Shown piece by piece: positions 16,046 through 25,989 of a stretch of 32,332 nt of DNA. The DNA lies in assembly GCA_964407305.1 (NCBI GenBank), contig CAYOVC010000002.1:1-32332 (forward strand), written 5' to 3'. The position numbers and the translations under genes are program-made. How positions within the stretch are numbered: position 1 is the stretch's first letter; each line of letters opens with the position of its first letter. The notes beneath the pieces were generated by a model. That model was given only the letters and a program-made list of their open reading frames with translations. It ran no database searches and was not told the origin of the DNA. The stretch is from an uncultured Bacteroidaceae bacterium. GTDB taxonomy: Bacteria > Bacteroidota > Bacteroidia > Bacteroidales > GCA-2748055.

Positions 16046-17296
16046 ATGCTATACCATCTGTTTGAATACCTGAATCAGTTTAACCTTCCCGGAGCGGGGA
16101 TGTTTCAGTATATTTCATTCAGGGCTTCGATGACAGTGATCTTTTCGCTGCTGATATCGCTGTTCATCGGCAAACGGATCATTAATTACCTGCAACGAAA
16201 ACAGATCGGTGAGATGGTGCGTGACCTTGGACTGGAGGGACAGAACCGGAAGGAGGGAACCCCGACCATGGGAGGGATCATCATCCTGGCTTCGATCATC
16301 ATTCCGGTGCTGCTGTTCGGTAGACTGGACAACGTTTATGTGACCCTGATGCTCATCACAACTGTCTGGCTCGGACTGATTGGTTTCATTGACGATTATA
16401 TCAAGGTATTTCTTAAGAACAAGGTGGGACTGCACGGTAAATTTAAGGTTATTGGTCAGGTCGGACTCGGACTCATCGTCGGACTTACCTTCCTGCTGAG
16501 CGACGGGGCGGTCATCCGTGAACGCATTCCGGTTACAGATGAGTCGACCGCCATCTACGAACACCTCCCGGTGGCAACCACCAGTTCAGGAGAGCAATAT
16601 TTCGTGATGGACCACAAAACCCCGCTTACCACTATTCCCTTTGTGAAGAACAATGAATTCAACTATACATGGCTGGTTTGGTTCGCCGGTAAGCACGCCG
16701 GCAAACTGGTCTGGGTGGTCTTCGTCCTGGTGGTGATCTTTATCGTAACAGCAGTTTCCAATGGCACTAATCTTACGGATGGGCTCGATGGACTGGCAAC
16801 CGGTTCGGCGGCTATTATCGGCACCACACTGGGTATCCTTGCCTATGTGTCTGGTAATGCCATCTTTGCCGAATACCTGAATATCATGTACATCCCCAAT
16901 GCCGGTGAGCTGGTGATCTTTGCCGCCGCTATGGTCGGTGCCACCATTGGGTTCCTCTGGTACAACTCATTTCCGGCGCAGGTATTTATGGGTGATACCG
17001 GGAGCCTGGCGCTGGGAGGGATCATTGCAGTATTTGCCGTGGTGATCAGGAAGGAGTTGCTGATCCCGGTCCTCTGTGGGATCTATCTCTACGAGAGTTT
17101 TTCGGTGCTGCTGCAGGTAAGCTGGTTCAAGTACACCAGGCGCAGGTTCGGTGAGGGGAGGCGAATCTTTTTAATGGCACCGGCACACCACCATTTTCAG
17201 AAGCTCGGGTACCCGGAAGCAAAAATTGTTACAAGGTTCTGGATCATCGGACTGTTACTGGCCGTGATCACGATAGTTACATTAAAAATCAGATAA
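16046..17296 (+). CDS. mraY: phospho-N-acetylmuramoyl-pentapeptide transferase MraY
   Basis: Polytopic membrane protein with [26 protein letters not shown] and APAHHHFQ motifs. Confidence 0.97.
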   Translation: MLYHLFEYLNQFNLPGAGMFQYISFRASMTVIFSLLISLFIGKRIINYLQRKQIGEMVRDLGLEGQNRKEGTPTMGGIIILASIIIPVLLFGRLDNVYVTLMLITTVWLGLIGFIDDYIKVFLKNKVGLHGKFKVIGQVGLGLIVGLTFLLSDGAVIRERIPVTDESTAIYEHLPVATTSSGEQYFVMDHKTPLTTIPFVKNNEFNYTWLVWFAGKHAGKLVWVVFVLVVIFIVTAVSNGTNLTDGLDGLATGSAAIIGTTLGILAYVSGNAIFAEYLNIMYIPNAGELVIFAAAMVGATIGFLWYNSFPAQVFMGDTGSLALGGIIAVFAVVIRKELLIPVLCGIYLYESFSVLLQVSWFKYTRRRFGEGRRIFLMAPAHHHFQKLGYPEAKIVTRFWIIGLLLAVITIVTLKIR

Positions 17297-17304
17297 ATCT
17301 AGAT

Positions 17305-18651
17305 ATGGTGAGCAGAAAACGAATTGTAATACTTGGAGCCGGTGAGAGTGGAGCCGGTTCAGCGATCCTGGCAAAGCAACAGGGTTATGATGTATTTGTT
17401 TCCGATTCCGGGAAGATCAATCCCAGGTACAGGGAGATGCTCAATGAGCACCAGATTATGTTCGAGGGCAACGGTCATACCGAGCGTCAGATCCTGAACG
17501 CTGATGAGATCATTAAAAGTCCGGGTATCCCGGAGAGTGCACCCATCATGAAATCGATACGAAAGAAGGGCCTCCACGTGATCTCTGAAATAGAGTTCGC
17601 GGGCAGGTACACAGCTGCGAGGAAGATCTGTGTTACCGGCAGTAACGGGAAGACAACCACGACATCGCTGATCCACCATATGCTGCGGAAGGCCGGTCTG
17701 AACGTTGGAATCGCAGGCAATGTTGGACGTAGTTTTGCATTGCAGGTGGCGCATGAGGATTACGACTATTATGTTTTGGAACTCAGCAGCTTTCAGCTCG
17801 ACGGCATGTACGAATTCAAGGCCGATATTGCGATTTTGCTGAATATCACTGCCGATCATATGGACCGGTACGATTATAACATGCAGAATTACGTCGATTC
17901 GAAATTCAGGATCACGCAGAACCTGACTGAAGAGGATTATTTTGTCTTCTGTTCCGATGATGAGATCACCGTGAAGGAGCTGGAAAGGATCGTGTCCCGC
18001 GCCGTTCACCTGCCCTATGCCTATGAAAGAAAAGAGGATGATGTGGCCTGGGTGGATAAACGGGAGATGATGCATATCGAATTTGACGATGTGGACTTCT
18101 CCATGTCGGTGCACGAGCTATCCCTCAAAGGGAGGCATAATACCTACAACAGCATGGCTGCCGGGATTGCCGGAAATGTGCTGAAAATCAGGAATGATGT
18201 GATCCGCGAGGCAATGATGGATTTTCAGGGAATCGAGCACCGTCTCGAGCAGCTGAACAAGGTGCACGGCATCAATTTCATTAACGATTCAAAGGCGACC
18301 AACGTGAACTCCACCTGGTATGCACTTGAGAGTGTACGCGGGAACGTTATCTGGATCGCAGGTGGGGTTGACAAGGGAAACAACTATTCAGAGTTGTTCG
18401 ACCTGGTCAGCACCAAAGTAAAGGCGATCATTTGTCTTGGGAAGGACAACAAACGTATACTCGATGCCTTTAGCGACAAAGTTGATACCATTGTTGAGGC
18501 GCCCGGAATGATGGAGGCTGTGAAGTCGGCCTATTACCTGGCCGATAAAGACGACACGGTACTGTTGTCACCTGCCTGTGCCAGTTTCGATCTGTTTGAA
18601 AGTTATGAGGACCGCGGCAGGAAATTCAAGGAGGCGATCAGGGAGTTATAA
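17305..18651 (+). CDS. murD: UDP-N-acetylmuramoylalanine--D-glutamate ligase MurD
   Basis: Rossmann-type N-terminus ILGAGESGAGSA, P-loop VTGSNGKTTT, and C-terminal SPACASFDLFESYEDRG. Confidence 0.95.
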   Translation: MVSRKRIVILGAGESGAGSAILAKQQGYDVFVSDSGKINPRYREMLNEHQIMFEGNGHTERQILNADEIIKSPGIPESAPIMKSIRKKGLHVISEIEFAGRYTAARKICVTGSNGKTTTTSLIHHMLRKAGLNVGIAGNVGRSFALQVAHEDYDYYVLELSSFQLDGMYEFKADIAILLNITADHMDRYDYNMQNYVDSKFRITQNLTEEDYFVFCSDDEITVKELERIVSRAVHLPYAYERKEDDVAWVDKREMMHIEFDDVDFSMSVHELSLKGRHNTYNSMAAGIAGNVLKIRNDVIREAMMDFQGIEHRLEQLNKVHGINFINDSKATNVNSTWYALESVRGNVIWIAGGVDKGNNYSELFDLVSTKVKAIICLGKDNKRILDAFSDKVDTIVEAPGMMEAVKSAYYLADKDDTVLLSPACASFDLFESYEDRGRKFKEAIREL

Positions 18652-18668
18652 AAGCGAATTATAGTCAG

Positions 18669-19865
18669 ATGCAGGCGATAAAGTACATACGGGGCGACAG
18701 GGTGATATGGACGGTCATTATTATATTGAGCGCAGTATCACTGTTATCGGTATACAGCTCCACCGGTTCGCTGGCATACAAAAAGGTGTCGGGTGATACC
18801 TATTATTACCTGTTCAGACAGTTTAAATACATTGTGCTCGGACTGGCTGTGATCATCTTTTTCCAGATCATACCCTACCGTGCCTTTAACAAACTGTCGA
18901 TTGCTTTCCTGGCTGTAGCTGTTCTGCTGCTGGTGATCACACTGATCCGGGGACAGGAGATCAACGAGGCGAACCGCTGGCTGGCGATTCCGGGCACCAG
19001 CAATGCGTTCCAGCCTTCTGAGTTTGCAAAGTTTGCACTGATCATGTATCTGGCGCGTATCCTGGGTAACAACCAGAACAACATGGACAATTTCAAAGGG
19101 GTCTTTTTGAAGGTGGTGGCTGCCATTTCGTTTGTTTGTCTGCTTATACTGCCTACCAACCTGTCGACCGCCGCGATCATCTTCACGGTCTCCTTTATCC
19201 TGCTGTTCATCGGCCGGGTACCTTTGAAGTTCCTGGCACTCTACATCGGTATCGGGCTGGCCGGGCTCGGGTTGTTCCTTTTGCTCTCGACGGCGATGAG
19301 CAGAGAGGGGAGGATCACTACCTGGAAGAACAGGATCGAAAGGTACGTTACCGGAGAGGGCGATCATTTTCAGTCGGACCAGGCCAAGGTTGCCATCGTA
19401 AGGGGCGGACTTTTACCCAACGGTCCGGGTACCAGTACGCAGCGCGTGCTGCTGCCGCACCCCTATTCCGATTTCATATTTGCGATCATCATCGAGGAGT
19501 ATGGTTCCCTGATCGGTGGGTTGTTGTTAGTGTTTCTTTACCTGTGGCTGCTGTTCAGGACCGGACTGGTTGTACGGCGGTCGAAAAGCACTTTTGGGGC
19601 GTTCCTTGCATTCGGACTTGCCCTGGGCCTGGTGTTCCAGGCTTTTGTAAACATGGGAGTAACTGTGGGACTGCTGCCGGTTACGGGACAAACACTTCCG
19701 CTTGTGAGTATGGGTGGATCGTCTATGTTTTTTACCAGTATGGCACTGGGAATGATACTCAGCGTCAGCTGGGGTGTGGCAAAGGAACTGGAGGAGCAGG
19801 AGGAGCAGGAGGCCGCAGAACAATTAAAGGAAGAGATAGTAAATGACGGAAGCGAAGCGATATAG
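18669..19865 (+). CDS. ftsW: SEDS-family peptidoglycan glycosyltransferase FtsW
   Basis: Ten-helix SEDS pattern with QPSEFAK, SDFIFA and LPLVSMGGSS motifs. Located between murD and murG. Acidic C-terminal tail. Confidence 0.9.
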   Translation: MQAIKYIRGDRVIWTVIIILSAVSLLSVYSSTGSLAYKKVSGDTYYYLFRQFKYIVLGLAVIIFFQIIPYRAFNKLSIAFLAVAVLLLVITLIRGQEINEANRWLAIPGTSNAFQPSEFAKFALIMYLARILGNNQNNMDNFKGVFLKVVAAISFVCLLILPTNLSTAAIIFTVSFILLFIGRVPLKFLALYIGIGLAGLGLFLLLSTAMSREGRITTWKNRIERYVTGEGDHFQSDQAKVAIVRGGLLPNGPGTSTQRVLLPHPYSDFIFAIIIEEYGSLIGGLLLVFLYLWLLFRTGLVVRRSKSTFGAFLAFGLALGLVFQAFVNMGVTVGLLPVTGQTLPLVSMGGSSMFFTSMALGMILSVSWGVAKELEEQEEQEAAEQLKEEIVNDGSEAI

Positions 19866-20958
19866 GATCATTATCGGCGGAGGAGGAACCGGTGGACATG
19901 TCTTCCCGGCGATCTCCATTGCCAATGCGTTAAGCAGGATGTTGGAGAATCCTGCCATCCTTTTCGTCGGGGCCCTTGGCAAGTTGGAGATGGAGCGGGT
20001 GCCCGAGGCAGGGTATGAGATTGCAGGCCTACCTGTAGCGGGCTTCCAGCGGAAACTGTCATGGAGGAACATCACTTTTTTCTTTAAACTGTTGCGGAGT
20101 ATGCGTATCTCCAGGCAGCTGATCAGGAAGTTCGCACCCGATATTGCCATCGGGGTAGGGGGGTATGCCAGCGGACCAATAGTGAAGGTGGCTGCACGCC
20201 GCAAGGTCCCGGTACTGCTCCAGGAGCAGAACTCCTATGCCGGTGTTACCAATAGGCTGCTTGCAAAGGAAGCAGCAAAAATATGTGTTGCCTATCCCGG
20301 CATGGAGCGCTATTTCCCTGCGGAAAAGATCGTGCTTACGGGTAATCCCGTGAGGCAGGACCTGATCCTGCCTGCCAGTGAGTTTGCGAAGAGCTTCGGT
20401 CATTTCGGTCTGTTGCCAGGCAAAAAGGTGATTCTGCTAATCGGCGGGAGCCTGGGGGCAAGAACGCTCAATGAGAGTGTGATCAGCAATATCAGTGAAA
20501 TTGCATCTTCGGATGTGCAGCTGATCTGGCAGTCGGGAAAAACCTATTATGAGAGGGCAGTGAATGCGCTGGAACAGAGTGAAGCCAGCAACATCTTCCT
20601 GCTGCCGTTCATTAAGGAGATGAACCGTGCGTTCCAGGTGGCTGACCTGATTATTTCCCGGGCCGGTGCCGGAACGATTTCTGAGTTGTGCCTGGTGGGA
20701 AAGCCGGTGATCCTGGTGCCGTCGCCCAATGTGGCAGAGGACCATCAGATGAGCAACGCAAAGGCACTTACCGAGCGGAAGGGTGGTGTGCTGGTGGCCG
20801 ATCGTGATGCGGAGCGTATGCTGATTGCAACTGCTCTGAGGTTGGTACATGACGAGGAGCAGAAAAGAGTATTATCGGAGAATATTAAAAAACTGGCGAT
20901 TAACGACTCCCCGGAGCGGATCGCAAATGAGGTGATAAAACTGTTAAAGGAAAAATGA
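19843..20958 (+). CDS. murG: undecaprenyldiphospho-muramoylpentapeptide beta-N-acetylglucosaminyltransferase MurG
   Basis: GGGTGGHVFPAISIA N-terminal loop, and ISRAGAGTISEL plus EDHQ in the C-domain. The start overlaps the ftsW 3' end by 23 nt. Confidence 0.95.
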   Translation: MTEAKRYRIIIGGGGTGGHVFPAISIANALSRMLENPAILFVGALGKLEMERVPEAGYEIAGLPVAGFQRKLSWRNITFFFKLLRSMRISRQLIRKFAPDIAIGVGGYASGPIVKVAARRKVPVLLQEQNSYAGVTNRLLAKEAAKICVAYPGMERYFPAEKIVLTGNPVRQDLILPASEFAKSFGHFGLLPGKKVILLIGGSLGARTLNESVISNISEIASSDVQLIWQSGKTYYERAVNALEQSEASNIFLLPFIKEMNRAFQVADLIISRAGAGTISELCLVGKPVILVPSPNVAEDHQMSNAKALTERKGGVLVADRDAERMLIATALRLVHDEEQKRVLSENIKKLAINDSPERIANEVIKLLKEK

Positions 20959-22325
20959 TCTGGAAAAACCTGGATAGCGTCTATTTTGTGGGTATCGGTG
21001 GTATTGGTATGAGTGCCCTGGCGAGGTTCTTCCAATCGCATGGGAAGAATGTGGCGGGTTACGACCGTACCTCTACATCACTTACCGATCAGCTGATCAG
21101 GGAGGGGATCGGGATTCATTTTGTTGACAAGCCGGCAATGATACCATCCGCCTGTAAGGATCCTGAACGTACCCTTGTGATCTACACCCCAGCTGTTCCG
21201 GAACAATGCAATGAGCTTCAATATTTCAGAAACAGGGGTTTCAGGGTAATAAAACGTTCGGTTGCCCTGGGCGAAGTGTTCAATGCGGGTCATGGTATTG
21301 CAGTGGCGGGCACACATGGTAAAACCTCCGTCTCGACCATGCTGGCATTTATCATGTCGAAGTCGCTGAATGGTTGCAATGCATTTCTTGGCGGGATCTC
21401 TAAAAACTTTAGCAGCAACCTGGTGGTACACCCGACAGCTGATACAATAATTGCAGAGGCCGATGAATATGACAGGTCCTTCCTGGCACTGCATCCCGAT
21501 ATTGCTGTGATCACCTCGATTGATGAGGACCACCTGGATATCTATGGTTCGAAGGAAAACCTTATCGCCGGCTTCAGTCAGTTTATCAGGCAAATAGATG
21601 AAAAGGGCAAGCTGGTCCTAAAGGCAGGGATCATGATTGGTGTGCCGGATCACCTTGATGTATTTACCTATTCAGTCGATGATACGACTGCTGATTATCA
21701 CATTGTGAAGATGGTGCTTACAGCGGGCAGGTATCATTTTACGGTGAAAACACCGAAGAATATTTTTGAAGCGACATTGGGTGTGCCCGGACTGCTCAAC
21801 GTGGAGAATGCACTGGCAGCTATTGCTGTTGCCGATCAGTCGGGCATATTGCTGGAACAGATCTCTTCGGCGCTGAAGGAGTTCAGCGGGGTGAGGCGGC
21901 GGTTCGATGTACAGGTGATGCGGGAGAACAGGATCTATATCGACGACTATGCGCATCATCCCGAGGAGCTGAGGGCATTCATCACTTCGGTAAGGGAGAT
22001 ATTTCCGGGTAAGCGAATCACAGGGGTCTTCCAGCCGCATCTCTATTCGCGAACACGGGATTTTGCTGCAGGTTTCGGAAGCAGCCTCTCTTTGCTGGAT
22101 GAGCTGATCCTGCTGAATATCTATCCAGCCCGTGAGGAACCGCTGCCAGGGGTAACCTCTGAAATCATTTTCAGGGAGGTAACACTGAATGAGAAGGTGT
22201 TGATTGGCGAGGAGCAGCTATTGCAGGTACTGGATGAGAGGGACCCGGAAGTATTGCTCACCATGGGCGCCGGTGACATAGACAGAATGGTCGAACCGCT
22301 AAAAATATGGATGGAGAAACGATGA
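20955..22325 (+). CDS. murC: UDP-N-acetylmuramate--L-alanine ligase MurC
   Basis: FVGIGGIGMSALA, P-loop AGTHGKTS, and DDYAHHPEE. The ATG overlaps the murG stop (ATGA). Confidence 0.95.
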   Translation: MIWKNLDSVYFVGIGGIGMSALARFFQSHGKNVAGYDRTSTSLTDQLIREGIGIHFVDKPAMIPSACKDPERTLVIYTPAVPEQCNELQYFRNRGFRVIKRSVALGEVFNAGHGIAVAGTHGKTSVSTMLAFIMSKSLNGCNAFLGGISKNFSSNLVVHPTADTIIAEADEYDRSFLALHPDIAVITSIDEDHLDIYGSKENLIAGFSQFIRQIDEKGKLVLKAGIMIGVPDHLDVFTYSVDDTTADYHIVKMVLTAGRYHFTVKTPKNIFEATLGVPGLLNVENALAAIAVADQSGILLEQISSALKEFSGVRRRFDVQVMRENRIYIDDYAHHPEELRAFITSVREIFPGKRITGVFQPHLYSRTRDFAAGFGSSLSLLDELILLNIYPAREEPLPGVTSEIIFREVTLNEKVLIGEEQLLQVLDERDPEVLLTMGAGDIDRMVEPLKIWMEKR

Positions 22326-23104
22326 TCAGGAAGATTGTACATATTGTCATCTGGATCGCACTGATTTTCTGGTTTGCAGTGATCATGGGGTTTGTATCGA
22401 AGAGTAATTCGGAGATTCTCTGCGGGGAGATCGTTGTATCCATTTCCGATACGGCAGACGTGCAGTTTGTTACCGTTGAGGCGGTGAGGAAGATCATTGA
22501 AAGATCGGGTATCAACACCCAGGGATATCCTGCGGAGGGCATCCGCACGCGTGACCTGGAGTTCGGGATTGAAAGGGATCCCTACGTTAGGAATGCTGAG
22601 GTATATATGAATGTGGAGGGAAACCTTTTTATTGATGTTGATCAGCGCAGACCGTTGATCAGGGTGATGCCCAACGGTAAAAAGGGCTTTTACATCGACC
22701 ATGAGCAAAGGATTCTCCCGGTTTCACCAGACTATTCACCTATGGTGCTGTTACTTACGGGTCATGTCAGCATTCCGGAGACACAAGATGAAAAAGGAAA
22801 CAGGATGGCAGATGCTGGTGCGGACAAAGAAGTTCAGAAACTGATTGACTTTGCAAAACTGGTAACGGAGCATCCGTTCTGGAGCCGGCAGATCATGCAG
22901 TTGTACAGGTCACCCGGCGGTAACTATGAGCTGATCCCCCGTGTTGGGGCACACCAGATAGCATTCGGAACGCTGGACGATTACGAGACTAAATTAATGA
23001 ACCTGAAACTTCTGTACGACCAGGGGCTGAAGAAGTATGGCTGGAACAGTTATGATAAAATTAACCTTAAATATTCAAATCAGATAATCTGTACTAAACG
23101 TTAA
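22322..23104 (+). CDS. ftsQ: FtsQ-like cell-division protein (TM anchor plus POTRA-like domain)
   Basis: Sits in the ftsQ slot between murC and ftsA. N-terminal TM helix (IVHIVIWIALIFWFAVIMGFV). ATG 22322 forms an ATGA overlap with the murC stop. ATG 22307 is an alternative start. Confidence 0.72.
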   Translation: MIRKIVHIVIWIALIFWFAVIMGFVSKSNSEILCGEIVVSISDTADVQFVTVEAVRKIIERSGINTQGYPAEGIRTRDLEFGIERDPYVRNAEVYMNVEGNLFIDVDQRRPLIRVMPNGKKGFYIDHEQRILPVSPDYSPMVLLLTGHVSIPETQDEKGNRMADAGADKEVQKLIDFAKLVTEHPFWSRQIMQLYRSPGGNYELIPRVGAHQIAFGTLDDYETKLMNLKLLYDQGLKKYGWNSYDKINLKYSNQIICTKR

Positions 23105-23109
23105 ATATT

Positions 23110-24441
23110 ATGGCTCAAGAAAATCGCATTGTAGCAGCAATTGACATCGGCACTACCAAGATCGTAAGTTTGATAGGCCGGTTGAACGAGCACAACAGGC
23201 TCGAAGTACTTGGAATCAGCAGATCCGCATCCAAGGGGGTAAAAAGGGGAGTGGTTCTGAATATCGAGGAGACGGTGAATGCCATTCAGAGCACCATCTC
23301 TGAGGTCCGGGAGCAATCCGGATTACAATTCTCCGAAGTGTTTGTCGGAATTGCGGGTCAGCATATCAAATCTGTAAGGAACCGTGGCTATGTGAACCGC
23401 GACTCCTACGAAGATGAGATCACCCGGGAAGACCTCTATGCATTGATACAGGATATGTATAAAATCCCGGTTGATGTCGGAGAGGAGATTATCCATGTCC
23501 TGCCACAGAATTATATCGTAGACAACGAAACCGGGGTCAAGAACCCTGTGGGTATGTCGGGGAAACGGCTGGAGGCCAATTTTCATATTGTGATCGGGCA
23601 GATCTCCTCTGCCAGGAATATAGAAAAATGTATACACAGGGTGGGACTGCAGGTCAGGCAGCTGGTGCTGGAGCCACTTGCCTCGAGTGCCGCTGTATTA
23701 ACGGAGGATGAGCAGGAGGCGGGAGTTGCCCTTGTTGATATTGGCGGTGGTACGACCGATGTTGCAGTTTACTATGATGATGTGATCAGGCACACTGCCG
23801 TGATTCCGTTCGGGGGCAATGTTGTAACGCGCGATATTAAAGAGGGGTGCGCGATCCTGCAGCGCCAGGCCGAATCATTAAAGTTGCAGTTTGGAAGCGC
23901 CCTGGGAGATTTGGCGCACGACGATAAGGTAGTTACGATCCCGGGTATTTCGGGCCGCGATCCGAAAGAGATTAGTTTCAAGAGCCTTGCCTATATTATC
24001 CAGTCGCGTATGGAGGAGATCATCGATGCGGTGGTTTATGAGATCGAAAATTCCGGGTATATGGATAAGCTAAGTGCAGGGATTGTGCTGACGGGTGGTG
24101 GAGCGATGCTGAAAAACCTGAACCAGCTGGTAAAATTTAAAACCGGTCTGGATGTGCGGATTGGTTATCCCAACGAGAGCCTGGCTGCCGATACACCGGA
24201 GGAGATTAATCAGCCCATGTACAGCACGTCGATCGGACTCCTCCTGAAAGGATCAGAGATCTATGAGGAGAACAAGGAGTCGCTGAAGGTGAGCAACCTG
24301 GGCGACGAGGCAGATGAACCGGTTCAGCCCGAAGAGCTTGGTAAGAGAAGAATGAAGGACCGCTTTAGGGGGGGGAAGCTCCTGGAGGGACTCAAGAACA
24401 CCCTGAGTGATATTTTTGATGAGAGTGATGTAAAAATGTAA
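23110..24441 (+). CDS. ftsA: cell-division protein FtsA (actin-like ATPase)
   Basis: AAIDIGTTKIV phosphate-1 loop, VDIGGGTTDVAVY phosphate-2 loop, VLTGGGAML adenosine motif, and an amphipathic C-terminal tail. Confidence 0.95.
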   Translation: MAQENRIVAAIDIGTTKIVSLIGRLNEHNRLEVLGISRSASKGVKRGVVLNIEETVNAIQSTISEVREQSGLQFSEVFVGIAGQHIKSVRNRGYVNRDSYEDEITREDLYALIQDMYKIPVDVGEEIIHVLPQNYIVDNETGVKNPVGMSGKRLEANFHIVIGQISSARNIEKCIHRVGLQVRQLVLEPLASSAAVLTEDEQEAGVALVDIGGGTTDVAVYYDDVIRHTAVIPFGGNVVTRDIKEGCAILQRQAESLKLQFGSALGDLAHDDKVVTIPGISGRDPKEISFKSLAYIIQSRMEEIIDAVVYEIENSGYMDKLSAGIVLTGGGAMLKNLNQLVKFKTGLDVRIGYPNESLAADTPEEINQPMYSTSIGLLLKGSEIYEENKESLKVSNLGDEADEPVQPEELGKRRMKDRFRGGKLLEGLKNTLSDIFDESDVKM

Positions 24442-24494
24442 GAATGGGTTGCCGGTATCATAAAAGGTGGTATTGAACAATAAAATATGCAGTT

Positions 24495-25925
24495 ATGAAT
24501 GATATTCTGAATTTTGATCTCGCACCCGAACGATCCTCGGTTATCAAGGTGATCGGTATAGGAGGAGGTGGCGGAAATGCCGTTAATCACATGTTCCACA
24601 GGGGAATAAAAGATGTGAATTTTGTTGTATGCAACACCGATGCACAGGCCCTGGCTAATAGTCCGGTTGCAGTAAAACTGCAATTGGGAGAATCGCTTAC
24701 GCTCGGACGGGGCGCAGGTAGCAAGCCGGATATCGGCCGGCAGGCAGCACTGGAGAGCCTGGATGCCATCAAGGACATTCTTGAGGCCAATACCAGCATG
24801 GCCTTTATCACTGCCGGAATGGGGGGTGGTACGGGTACGGGTGCTGCACCTGTGATTGCCAAGACGGCGAAGGAGATGGGGATCCTTACTGTGGCTATTG
24901 TGACGATACCTTTCGGTTTTGAAGGACCTGAAAGGATCAACCATGCCATCAAGGGGATCAATGAGCTCAAGGATCATGTCGACTCCCTGCTGGTGATCAA
25001 GAATGAGCGGTTGCGTGAAGTGTACGGAAACCTTACACTGAGTGAGGCTTTTGCACGTGCCGACGATGTGCTGGCAACGGCAGCAAAGGGTATCGCGGAG
25101 ATCATCACTGTTCCCGGCTATGTGAACGTTGATTTTGCCGATGTGGAGACGGTGATGAGCGACAGCGGTGGTGCAGTAATGGGATCGGCCATTGCCGAAG
25201 GCGAAAACAGGGCGGTAAAGGCGATTGAGTCAGCCTTGAGTTCTCCCCTGCTAAACAACAATGAGATTACCGGGGCACGAAGTATATTGCTTAATATAAC
25301 ATCCGGAAAGAAGGAGATCACAATGGATGAAATTTCTGAGATCACCGACTACGTAATCGCTTCTGCTTCCAAGAAGACAACACTGATCTGGGGTATGGGA
25401 CACGATCAGAACCTGGAGGAGAAAATCGGTGTGACAGTGATTGCTACCGGTTTCCAGATGAATAATATCCTCGATGTGTATACCGATAAAAAACATTTAG
25501 ACTATGTGCCGCTCAGGGACGGCAAGGAGCAGTCAAATGCAGAAGGTGATATATTCCGGCCGTTGCAGCAGAAATTTGACTTTGGCGATCACGGAAATGA
25601 CGCCAATGCAGAGGAGTATGTATTGTATGATCAGTCGTCTGACAAGAAGAACACGGGAGAGAAGGAGCGCAAGTTGGCCGAACGTGTACGGAGTTTGAAG
25701 GAGACCCATGAGAGGCTGAAAGAGGGTGGCTATACGTCCCATTCGAAGGACGATGAGATCGATGAATTGGAGAATATTCCGGCCTACATCCGGAAAAAGC
25801 TGAAGATGGATCCGGAGAACCACTCCGACAGTGAAGAGGTCTCCAGGTACCGCTTGTCGGAGGATGAGAATAAATCGCCCAGGCTGCGCGAGGATAACTC
25901 CTACCTGCACGATAATGTAGATTGA
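24495..25925 (+). CDS. ftsZ: cell-division GTPase FtsZ
   Basis: IGIGGGGGNAVN and the tubulin signature GMGGGTGTGAAP. An FtsA-binding-type peptide DELENIPAYIRKKL lies near the C-terminus and is followed by a further ~40 aa. Confidence 0.97.
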   Translation: MNDILNFDLAPERSSVIKVIGIGGGGGNAVNHMFHRGIKDVNFVVCNTDAQALANSPVAVKLQLGESLTLGRGAGSKPDIGRQAALESLDAIKDILEANTSMAFITAGMGGGTGTGAAPVIAKTAKEMGILTVAIVTIPFGFEGPERINHAIKGINELKDHVDSLLVIKNERLREVYGNLTLSEAFARADDVLATAAKGIAEIITVPGYVNVDFADVETVMSDSGGAVMGSAIAEGENRAVKAIESALSSPLLNNNEITGARSILLNITSGKKEITMDEISEITDYVIASASKKTTLIWGMGHDQNLEEKIGVTVIATGFQMNNILDVYTDKKHLDYVPLRDGKEQSNAEGDIFRPLQQKFDFGDHGNDANAEEYVLYDQSSDKKNTGEKERKLAERVRSLKETHERLKEGGYTSHSKDDEIDELENIPAYIRKKLKMDPENHSDSEEVSRYRLSEDENKSPRLREDNSYLHDNVD

Positions 25926-25936
25926 CAGGCTCCAAT

Positions 25937-25969
25937 AAAAAACCCCATCGATGAACGGTGGGGTTTTTT
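25937..25969. terminator. bidirectional intrinsic terminator between ftsZ (+) and the PpiD-like gene (-)
   Basis: AAAAAA-CCCCATCG-ATGAA-CGGTGGGG-TTTTTT. The stem is 8 bp (one G-U) at 25943..25950 / 25956..25963 with a 5-nt loop. It is flanked by an A-tract and a T-tract, so either strand reads hairpin plus U-run. It lies 12 nt after the ftsZ stop and 21 nt after the convergent stop. Confidence 0.8.
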
Positions 25970-25989
25970 ATTGGGATTAAAGGATTTTT

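Noticed and set aside
19136-19846. 236-aa same-strand alternative-frame ORF inside ftsW
   Set aside because: The Arg/Gly/Pro-rich translation is typical of an off-frame reading of a membrane-protein gene. The ftsW frame has SEDS motifs, and there is no independent start context.
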